Shown: positions 46,995 through 54,035 of the stretch, piece after piece
How positions within the stretch are numbered: position 1 is the first letter of the stretch
Layout of the letters: each line of letters starts with the position of its first letter
From: an uncultured Pseudomonadota bacterium
Lineage (GTDB): Bacteria; Babelota; Babeliae; Babelales; RVW-14
NCBI GenBank assembly: GCA_964446935.1
Contig: CAYUQI010000007.1
Coordinates: 1-54,035 of the forward strand
Length of the DNA: 54,035 nucleotides
Reading direction: 5' to 3'
Notes under the pieces: generated by a model
Database searches by the model: none
Seen by the model: only the letters and a program-made list of their open reading frames with translations
Told to the model about the DNA's origin: nothing
Position numbers and translations under genes: made by a program

Positions 46995-48267
46995 TGCGGC
47001 ATTCTTTTTTTCAGATGTATGCGGTTTTCTCATTTTGTTTGTTCCGATTCCTTTATTTATATGGTTATGCAATCGACCGTATTCAATCTTTGATGGTGTA
47101 CGTGCTGGATTGCTCTGGGGAGTTCTTGTCTTTGGTGCGCATTTTACATGGCTTTGGTGTCTTATGGTACAGCATAGCGCTGCTCAATGGTGGTTGTGTG
47201 GTCTGGTGTATGGTGCGGTTGTCGGATATTTTTCGTTGTGGAGTTGCGTGTGGTTAGGGGCATGTGTGGTGGTAACGAAGGTGTTCACGGTTCGAGACGG
47301 CTACAAATATGGGGAGGAACTTCGCCGTAGCCCAACAGAGCGAAGGCGGGGGACTCGAACCATGAACACCATTTTTTCCATTATCTTCTTCTCCCTAATA
47401 ACCCTCGTGTTTACGTACAGCCTCGAGCACTGGTCTCTCAAACCGTTGGGCATAGATATTAGTTATCCTTTCATTAATCCGCGCATTCCCTTAGCACCAT
47501 ATCAATGGTTTGTACCTATAAACCAAAAAAAAAGTCCTCCGTCATCGTTTGCCTATGTTCCTCCGGTGGCCAATCGTATTAAGAATGTTCATGCATCGTG
47601 GCGGTGTAACCCGGAAGGGGTAGGGCAGAAGATTTTTCATATGATTACCGATGTAGTATCAGAGCATCAAATGGCATCATTGTTTCTTGCACCAGAAAGT
47701 TTTTTTAGTTTTCCACTCAATGAGTGTCCACACCTTGTCACGCTGTGGACAACCGCTTTGCCACCGAATGCACTTTTTTTGCTTGGGAGTATTTTGCATG
47801 ATGAGAAAGGGTATTACCAAGCAGCGTTCTGTTTGCGAGAGGGTCTGATAATAAATTTTTATGTCAAAAAAATACTAGCCCCCTTCACTGAAAAAGTTCC
47901 TTTATTATGGAATAATGTTAGCTCAGTAAGAGAAGCTTTTTTAGGCGCTGGTAGTGTTGAATTTCTTGATCACTCAACGCGTGGTGCTGTTGAATATTTT
48001 GATATAGGCCAATCACTTCGTGCGATACCACGGGTATGCTTGGAATTCTTTTTTATGACACGGCAGGAGTGCGAGCGGTATCAAACATCGCAACGCAAAA
48101 TTATGGTTGCTTGGTTTGTCAACGATAGTTGGTTTAATGAACCGTTTCGGCAGATCATGCACAATCTAGCGCGACTCAAGACATATGAACTTGGCTTCCC
48201 AGTGCTTATGATAGGGCATTTTGGAATGATGCTGAGATATCAAGAAGAGTCTGTGCTGCCTTCATAA
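46957..48267 (+). CDS. lnt: Apolipoprotein N-acyltransferase (divergent), with in-frame palindromic insertion
   Basis: Multi-TM N-terminus; nitrilase triad positions PES (E), YVKKILAPFTE (K), RVCLE (C); VNDSWF. Confidence 0.82.
   Translation: MLFLIILSALLFDAAFFFSDVCGFLILFVPIPLFIWLCNRPYSIFDGVRAGLLWGVLVFGAHFTWLWCLMVQHSAAQWWLCGLVYGAVVGYFSLWSCVWLGACVVVTKVFTVRDGYKYGEELRRSPTERRRGTRTMNTIFSIIFFSLITLVFTYSLEHWSLKPLGIDISYPFINPRIPLAPYQWFVPINQKKSPPSSFAYVPPVANRIKNVHASWRCNPEGVGQKIFHMITDVVSEHQMASLFLAPESFFSFPLNECPHLVTLWTTALPPNALFLLGSILHDEKGYYQAAFCLREGLIINFYVKKILAPFTEKVPLLWNNVSSVREAFLGAGSVEFLDHSTRGAVEYFDIGQSLRAIPRVCLEFFFMTRQECERYQTSQRKIMVAWFVNDSWFNEPFRQIMHNLARLKTYELGFPVLMIGHFGMMLRYQEESVLPS
47280..47370. mobile_element. 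~90 bp palindromic (RPE/REP-like) element inside lnt
   Basis: 17-bp terminal inverted repeats with 1 mismatch: GGTGTTCACGGTTCGAG / CTCGAACCATGAACACC; internal GGCTAC/GTAGCC stem. Confidence 0.7.
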
Positions 48268-48808
48268 GGTTATGCTCGGCAGCATATTGTAACGAAATCA
48301 TGATAGTTGCTCGTACAAGCATTGCCTTTTCTTTCGCAAGCAAAAGAAGTATTGTTGTCTGCTCATTTTTAACAGCAGCAAAAAATGCAAGATTAATAGT
48401 CCTACTGGGTAGATATATTTTGATTGCTTGTGTGTTTAAAAAAGCTTTAACGATGCTATCGGTGCCATCGCAGGCGGCCTTAACAAAGATGTTTTTTATT
48501 AGTTGGGTCAACTGAGCTTGTTGTTCTTGTAGTACATTCAGTTGTGTTGCGGTGTCATTGTTGCGCGCAGCGGTAATGGATTTGGGTAATGCTATTTTTA
48601 ATTCATCTAAAGCCTTTATCAGAGCATTGTTTTGTTTTCCCAACGCAATAATGGTTTGTGTCTGAGAACGTAACACTCTTTTTGTTGGTTCTGGATGTAT
48701 GTGTTGGATCGGCTTTGGTTTGCTTCTTCTGCTCATGGCATTTATAGAAACGTTGAACAGGCAGCAAGTAATTAATGTTATTTTGAGTATTTTGAGAAAA
48801 ATATGCAT
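48206..48808 (-). CDS. Secreted hypothetical protein: coiled coil + ankyrin-like repeats
   Basis: Signal ...SINA|MSRRSKPKP; FVKAACDGTDSIVKAFL, AFFAAVKNEQTTILLLL, SLQYAAEHNLMKAAQTLL. Confidence 0.65.
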   Translation of the reverse strand: MHIFLKILKITLITCCLFNVSINAMSRRSKPKPIQHIHPEPTKRVLRSQTQTIIALGKQNNALIKALDELKIALPKSITAARNNDTATQLNVLQEQQAQLTQLIKNIFVKAACDGTDSIVKAFLNTQAIKIYLPSRTINLAFFAAVKNEQTTILLLLAKEKAMLVRATIMISLQYAAEHNLMKAAQTLLDISASFQNALS

Positions 48809-48828
48809 TGAAAATCCTTATAATGCAT

Positions 48829-50034
48829 CTATTTTATTTTTTTAGTCTCACAATATTGCGTATAAATACCATCTGTGTCAATAACTATTGTGCGTAAAGC
48901 TTGCCTGAATTCATCATTATCATTGTTTGATTTATACCAAATCAACGTAACATCAAGGCCGCTTTCTTTAATAAAGCTTTGTAGTTCGTTGAGGGCATTG
49001 CTTACCCAGACGAGAGGATTGTTAAAAACACCACATCCAACAAGTGTGAGAAAAACCCTTTTTTTATCATAAGCAAAAGCTGTTCGCAGTGTTCCTTCGT
49101 AGGCAGCCTTGATTATCATTTGTCCCCATTGTTGAGCATTCTGATTGTTACGCCATTGGCTATTGGTGTTGCCAAAATCAATAGCGGCTGTAAATACCTG
49201 ATTAATGAGTTGTTCTGGATCGGTGCAACGTATGTGATACTCTTCATCTATTTTACGACCGTAGGTTACTTGAATATTTTGATGGAGGCCTATTTTGATG
49301 TTTGTGTAATCTTCATTGGTTGGTTGATGTGTAAGCGTTGTATGATCTAAAACAACATAGCCAGCGGGGGTGACTGTTATGTGGGGAAGTTTATCCAGAA
49401 AATTGATAGAGTGTGCTTGGGTTTGTTGCCATTCCTGGGGCAATAAATTTTGATCAAAAAAAGCGAAATAGCGTCGCAACAAAAGTCCTGGTGCTGCTGA
49501 TAAAGAAGCACATGGGCCTTGAGTTTTATCGTGGATGTATTCCCCGAGCAATTGTGTGTCGATATTTTGTTCTGCAAAAGTTGTTTCTAGTCCATTAAAA
49601 TTTGAAGCTATTTGAAAAACTGCATCTTTGTTATCTGGATGTGCTTGCAAGGCGCCTATATCAACCTGAGCAAGAAATGTGCTTTGGTTAGAGGTGTTTA
49701 CACCTTCTATCACATTAAAATGCCCATTGCCAAGTTTGTTTTTCTCGTTGCAACGTTGTTGTAATTGCCCAATGGTGAGTGTGCCGAATTGACCGCAATT
49801 GTATTTTTTATGTGCTGTTTCCACACTAAGATTACCAGCAACGTCATGCTTTATTGATAGCGTACTTGGCAATGTAGATTTATGCAGCGCTGCTTTGAAT
49901 GTCTGTTCAGGCATTTCCACGAGTTCATTGATACAATGTGCGCGTTTTATCTTCATATCCACCGCCGTAGCAGAAACAGTAAGAAGACCGTAGATGATAA
50001 GTGTTGTGCCAAGAATTTGTTTAATAGAATTCAT
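48829..50034 (-). CDS. Secreted macrodomain/PARG-like protein (putative ADP-ribosylhydrolase)
   Basis: Signal MNSIKQILGTTLIIYGLLTVSATA; motifs FQIASNFNGLE, DKTQGP, and FLTLVGCGVFNNP (resembles the PARG/macrodomain GCGxF loop). Confidence 0.55.
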   Translation of the reverse strand: MNSIKQILGTTLIIYGLLTVSATAVDMKIKRAHCINELVEMPEQTFKAALHKSTLPSTLSIKHDVAGNLSVETAHKKYNCGQFGTLTIGQLQQRCNEKNKLGNGHFNVIEGVNTSNQSTFLAQVDIGALQAHPDNKDAVFQIASNFNGLETTFAEQNIDTQLLGEYIHDKTQGPCASLSAAPGLLLRRYFAFFDQNLLPQEWQQTQAHSINFLDKLPHITVTPAGYVVLDHTTLTHQPTNEDYTNIKIGLHQNIQVTYGRKIDEEYHIRCTDPEQLINQVFTAAIDFGNTNSQWRNNQNAQQWGQMIIKAAYEGTLRTAFAYDKKRVFLTLVGCGVFNNPLVWVSNALNELQSFIKESGLDVTLIWYKSNNDNDEFRQALRTIVIDTDGIYTQYCETKKIK

Positions 50035-50248
50035 AAATTTCCCCAGAATGGTATTGTTTTCTGCTTTAATCATAGCGTTAAATATATCATGTCTTATCAA
50101 AAAAGCAGAAGCATGGTTTAATTACGATCTGAAAATTTTAGCATTGCCGTTGCTTAAAAAGTAAGGCTGTCCATCTTCTGTTTTTTGTTTATACTAAAAC
50201 GAATGTTTTGAGCCAAAAAAATAACGATTATGACGTGAGGGATGAGCC

Positions 50249-50713
50249 ATGAAAGTATACATGATTAAGGACGTTGAACGGGTTGGGATAGCTGGGCAAA
50301 TTATTAATGTATCTGACGGCTACGCAAACAACTTTCTTATTCCGCGCAAGTTGGCCGTTGAGGTTACCACAGATAATCAAAAATTTTACGAACAAAAAAA
50401 GCAAAAAGAAACGGTAGCCGTAGAGGTTTTGAATAGCAAAGTTGCCATGCTTGCTGAACGTATCAAATCATTGCATATTACGATCAGAGAACGCGTGCAT
50501 GATGATGGCAAACTTTATGGTGCGATTAGTGCCGATGAGATTGTTGATTTGCTCAAGGCCAAAGAGGTATCTATCAATCGCAAGCAAGTCGAATTTGATA
50601 AATCAATTAAAGCGGTTGGTGAACATAAAGTAACCATTAAATTATCGTCAAAGTTGAGGCCACAATTGACTGTCAAAGTTGAAGCAAACAATATATCAAA
50701 CAATATCAAGTAA
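50249..50713 (+). CDS. rplI: 50S ribosomal protein L9
   Basis: MKVYMIKDV..VG..G.II.VSDGYANNFLIP, GKLYGAI, IKAVGEHKV.IKL. Confidence 0.97.
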   Translation: MKVYMIKDVERVGIAGQIINVSDGYANNFLIPRKLAVEVTTDNQKFYEQKKQKETVAVEVLNSKVAMLAERIKSLHITIRERVHDDGKLYGAISADEIVDLLKAKEVSINRKQVEFDKSIKAVGEHKVTIKLSSKLRPQLTVKVEANNISNNIK

Positions 50714-50729
50714 TTAACGGTCAATAACG

Positions 50730-52118
50730 ATGTCCGATCAACCGGGCGGCGCTTTTGGGCGTCGTAATCAATCTCAATCACCCGAAAGTATCTTAGGTAA
50801 AAGTCTCCCAACGAGTATTGAGGCTGAAAAGGCGGTTCTGTCTGCTATTTTGCTCGACGATCAAAACATGACGCTTGTTAGTGATGTTTTGAGGCCGAAT
50901 GATTTTTATGGCAAGCGCCATCAAGTACTCTATCAAGCAATGATTGATCTTGGCTCTGCCAACAAAAAAATCGATGTATTGGTGCTCCAAGATCATTTGC
51001 AAGCACAGCAATTGCTTGAAGAGGCTGGGGGTATTGATTACATTATGGAATTGCAAGAGGATATTCCTGCGCTTGGTTTGATTGGACAGCATGCTCATAT
51101 CGTTAAAGACAAGGCAATACTTCGTGAGCTGATTCATTCAGCCGCTGCGATCATAACGTCGTGTTATGATCGAAATGCCGAGGAGATAGATGCTGTCCTT
51201 GATACGGCAGAACAAAAAATTTTTCAAATATCACACAAATTGGCTGCGCCATCATTTGTCAAACTTGATGATTTATTAAAAAAGACCTTTCAGCAACTTG
51301 CCTTAGTCAAGACATCTCATGAAGGAGTTACGGGGATTCCGAGTGGTTTTAGTGCTTTTGATCGCATGACATCCGGAATGCAGCGAGGTGATTTGCTTAT
51401 TCTTGCTGCACGGCCATCAATGGGTAAAACAGCCATGGCGCTTAATATGGCTCTTTCGGCGTGGCATGCCAATTATCCTGTGGGCATATTTTCACTCGAA
51501 ATGTCGGCCGAGCAGCTTGTGTTACGTATGTTGTCAGCCGAATCACAGATTCCTCACCAAAAGATTCGTAACGCATTGGTGAGCTCGGATGAGTGGATTA
51601 TTTTGACCAATACGGCAGCGCATCTTGCCGAAGCAAAAATTTTTATTGATGATTCACCATCGCTTAATATTATGGAACTACGAGCTAAGGCGCGAAAGCT
51701 TAAGGCTCAAGAAAATATTCAGTTGTTGGTGATTGATTATTTGCAGCTCATTAATTCTCATCAGCGTCACGAAAATAGAACGCAAGAAATCTCGGCTATT
51801 TCGCGTGCACTCAAAGCTTTGGCTAAAGAGTTGGATATTCCTATTCTGGCCTTATCACAATTATCACGATCACTTGAAAGTCGCATGGATAAACGGCCTA
51901 TGCTTTCTGATCTTCGTGAATCGGGAGCAATAGAACAAGACGGTGATGTGATCTTTTTTATCTATCGGGAAGCGGTGTACAATCCTGAAACCGAACACCC
52001 TGACATGGCAGAAGTTATTATTGGCAAGCAGCGTAATGGACCGGTGGGAGCTTTTAATGTACGCTTTGCTGGAGAAGTGACGCGCTTTGAGGATCTTGGC
52101 GATCAGTATGGTTCATAA
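50730..52118 (+). CDS. dnaB: Replicative DNA helicase
   Basis: PTSIEAEKAVL, LAARPSMGKTA, FSLEMS, IDYLQL, LSQLSR, SDLRESGAIEQD, KQRNGP. No intein. Confidence 0.98.
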   Translation: MSDQPGGAFGRRNQSQSPESILGKSLPTSIEAEKAVLSAILLDDQNMTLVSDVLRPNDFYGKRHQVLYQAMIDLGSANKKIDVLVLQDHLQAQQLLEEAGGIDYIMELQEDIPALGLIGQHAHIVKDKAILRELIHSAAAIITSCYDRNAEEIDAVLDTAEQKIFQISHKLAAPSFVKLDDLLKKTFQQLALVKTSHEGVTGIPSGFSAFDRMTSGMQRGDLLILAARPSMGKTAMALNMALSAWHANYPVGIFSLEMSAEQLVLRMLSAESQIPHQKIRNALVSSDEWIILTNTAAHLAEAKIFIDDSPSLNIMELRAKARKLKAQENIQLLVIDYLQLINSHQRHENRTQEISAISRALKALAKELDIPILALSQLSRSLESRMDKRPMLSDLRESGAIEQDGDVIFFIYREAVYNPETEHPDMAEVIIGKQRNGPVGAFNVRFAGEVTRFEDLGDQYGS

Positions 52119-52162
52119 GATTGCTTTATATGTTGCAATTGCCCAAGTGGCTACGGTGGCTT

Positions 52163-52240
52163 GCGATGGCCTGGAACTTTTTCCAGGCTTCATGATACAA
52201 TCATAAAGTTGACCCTGAAATAAATTCAGGGTGACAAAAT
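52163..52240. repeat. REP/RPE-like element related to 18896..18980
   Basis: GACCCTGAAATAAATTCAGGGTGAC (52211-52235); its reverse complement matches 18901-18925 at 23/25. Preceded by the hairpin GCCTGGAA-cttt-TTCCAGGC. Confidence 0.7.
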
Positions 52241-52276
52241 GGTAGTACGAATAAAGAAAAACACGGCGAGGCGAGT

Positions 52277-52786
52277 ATGAGCGAAAAAAAGGTTATTCTG
52301 GGAGTTGATCCAGGCTTTCACGTTACCGGGTATGCCATCATTGAACATTCGACTCGTGTGCTGTTGCACGATTGTGGATATTTAAAACTAAGTCCACAAC
52401 ACGCATTGCCTCAACGAGTAGGGCAATTCTATTCATTTTTTATAGAAAAAATTAAAATTCATGGAATTACACACATAGCTCTGGAAACATCATTTTTAGG
52501 CAAAAATGCACAGACTTTTTTAAAGTTGGGGTATTTACGAGGGATTTTGTATTTGCTGGCTGATCAACATCATATGATGCTTACTGAATTTGCACCGCGT
52601 GAAATTAAAATGGCTGTGACGGGCTTTGGTGGCGCGAGTAAGGATCAAGTAGCAGCCATGATGGTGCGCCTGTTTCCTCGCTTAACTGAATTTGGGTCGA
52701 TAGAGCGTAACGATGTTACTGATGCACTTGCCGTTTGTTTGTGTGGAGTATGGCAACAGTCGCCGCTTGCTCAGTATGTGCGATGA
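52277..52786 (+). CDS. ruvC: Crossover junction endodeoxyribonuclease RuvC
   Basis: ILGVDPG, ALE..F, IKMAVTGFG.ASKDQV..M, DVTDALAV.LC. Confidence 0.95.
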   Translation: MSEKKVILGVDPGFHVTGYAIIEHSTRVLLHDCGYLKLSPQHALPQRVGQFYSFFIEKIKIHGITHIALETSFLGKNAQTFLKLGYLRGILYLLADQHHMMLTEFAPREIKMAVTGFGGASKDQVAAMMVRLFPRLTEFGSIERNDVTDALAVCLCGVWQQSPLAQYVR

Positions 52787-52827
52787 GGTACGCAATTGCT
52801 TTTGAGTTATTGCTCTGCGGATACATG

Positions 52828-52865
52828 AAAAAAGCCTGGCGACTTCAACATCGCCAGGCTTTTTT
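52828..52865. terminator. Bidirectional terminator
   Basis: AAAAAAGCCTGGCGA-cttcaaca-TCGCCAGGCTTTTTT between convergent genes. Confidence 0.88.
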
Positions 52866-52882
52866 ATTAGATGATATCAAAA

Positions 52883-53455
52883 TTATTGATTCAAAAAATT
52901 GTTGTTGTCGAATTTATATTCTTTAAATGTTGGATCAAACCAAAAAATATTTTCCAAAAGGGTTGTTGCAAGTGCTGCAGCTTTATCTTGTATATGATTA
53001 CCTTGAACGTCGATTCCGACGAGGAAGGCTTTTTTCAGAACAACAAGCCAAGGGGAATCGCCTGTTATATCCGTTAATGACAAAGTGTTTGTGCTCCTTT
53101 TAGCACAGCCAACAAGAAAGCATACAAGCTCACCGAATCCACTTATAAAATCTGGACAAATTTGTTGATTACCCATACAGCTTTCTATGGCGAGCCAGAA
53201 TTTTTTGCTGCGTTGTTGTTCCGATGTTTGATCCATCCATTGATTAATCTTTTTGTTTTTAAGATCGCAATAAACCGGGTTTTTTGCGCAAAAAGCAGCA
53301 AAGCTCACTCCGGATATGTTGCTCTTGTTTTTATAGGCATATTTAACGTTGTCTGCAAAAATTCTGATCTTTGTTTGGTAATCCATAGCGTATGAATTAG
53401 CGCCGAATGTTATTGCTGTGATTGAAACAAGTAATGCTCGAATGAGTGGTTTCAT
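52883..53455 (-). CDS. Secreted hypothetical protein
   Basis: Start moved to MKPLIRAL (RBS AAGGA); signal ...ANSYA|MDY; ends ...IFWFDPTFKEY... Confidence 0.72.
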   Translation of the reverse strand: MKPLIRALLVSITAITFGANSYAMDYQTKIRIFADNVKYAYKNKSNISGVSFAAFCAKNPVYCDLKNKKINQWMDQTSEQQRSKKFWLAIESCMGNQQICPDFISGFGELVCFLVGCAKRSTNTLSLTDITGDSPWLVVLKKAFLVGIDVQGNHIQDKAAALATTLLENIFWFDPTFKEYKFDNNNFLNQ

Positions 53456-53566
53456 AAAGGGTCCTTTGAAAAAAACAGATGGTATTTTATGTATTTTAAA
53501 ACCTATTTGTTTGCTGTTGTATAATAACAATCTTGCTTGCAAAATCAAGCGCCTTACGCATAAAAA

Positions 53567-53598
53567 AATCTGGGGACTAATGCATTAGTCCCCAGATT
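53567..53598 (-). terminator. Intrinsic terminator
   Basis: AATCTGGGGACTAAT-gc-ATTAGTCCCCAGATT with a U tract on the minus strand. Confidence 0.85.
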
Positions 53599-53625
53599 GA
53601 ATTGAAAATTAATGTATGTTCTTTT

Positions 53626-54035
53626 TTATTTGAACGTTGGATCATCTTTGAAGATGAACGATAAGAAAAGTTTTGCCTGTTGAGCAAACATTTCTATGTC
53701 TGATATTTGTATGCTTGATAATGGCAATATAAAAACTTTTTTAACAGACAACATCCAATTGTTATCACTATAGTCAGAGTGTAAAAAGGTCCATTCTTTA
53801 TGCAACGCAGATTCAAAGGCAAGCGTATGTTTTTGTGCATAGTCGCCATATACTTTGTCAATTAATTTTTCTAAAACGCCTTGATCTGCTTCTTCATCGC
53901 CTTGATTTGCAAATTCGTCAAGCTTCGCTTTCTTTAGTTTAGGTGAATCGGAAGCAGCCTCGTGAGCTGCTTCTTGAAGACTGCGTATTTCTATATATCT
54001 ATTTATCCGTGTCTGTAGAAAAATAATAAGCTCTA
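53626..54035 (-). CDS. Hypothetical protein, 3' part (5' end outside window)
   Basis: Open minus frame from the edge, translated manually: ELIIFLQTR...FAQQAKLFLSFIFKDDPTFK*, followed by a terminator. Confidence 0.7.
   Translation of the reverse strand, partial: ELIIFLQTRINRYIEIRSLQEAAHEAASDSPKLKKAKLDEFANQGDEEADQGVLEKLIDKVYGDYAQKHTLAFESALHKEWTFLHSDYSDNNWMLSVKKVFILPLSSIQISDIEMFAQQAKLFLSFIFKDDPTFK

Noticed and set aside
47340-47365. GGACTCGAACC, the reverse complement of a tRNA T-loop-like GGTTCGAGTCC
   Set aside because: The T-stem does not pair (CATGG vs CCCCC) and there are no D or anticodon arms; it is an arm of the palindromic element.

Overview
AT-rich bacterial chromosome segment with no rRNA, tRNA, CRISPR array, integrase or transposase. 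Housekeeping genes (mutS, cmk, PhoH-family, thrS, RRM protein, pgk, lolC/E, rpiB, ileS, ogt, lnt, rplI, dnaB, ruvC) are interspersed with about 30 signal-peptide hypothetical proteins, including ankyrin, beta-propeller and J-domain-like types. This pattern suggests an intracellular protist parasite, most like Candidatus Dependentiae/Babelota (TM6); that is inferred from gene style, not from a database search. Main highlights: (1) a ~13.5 kb cluster of seven secreted, domain-shuffled proteins built from tectonin propellers, FAMeT-like beta-sandwiches, a beta-trefoil and an unnamed helical repeat; (2) about ten secreted proteins whose predicted mature chain begins with Met; (3) a CheA relic lacking its kinase and phospho-His, coupled to an intact REC-GGDEF protein; (4) a ~90 bp palindromic element inserted in frame in lnt, plus other REP/RPE-like elements; (5) a secreted macrodomain/PARG-like candidate effector; (6) duplication scars (a pgk 5' remnant and a duplicated terminator flanking an 851-aa gene); (7) a small Thr-Thr-Thr ORF upstream of thrS. 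All domain calls are by-eye motif recognition, and several starts were moved from the ORF track to the first ATG with an RBS.
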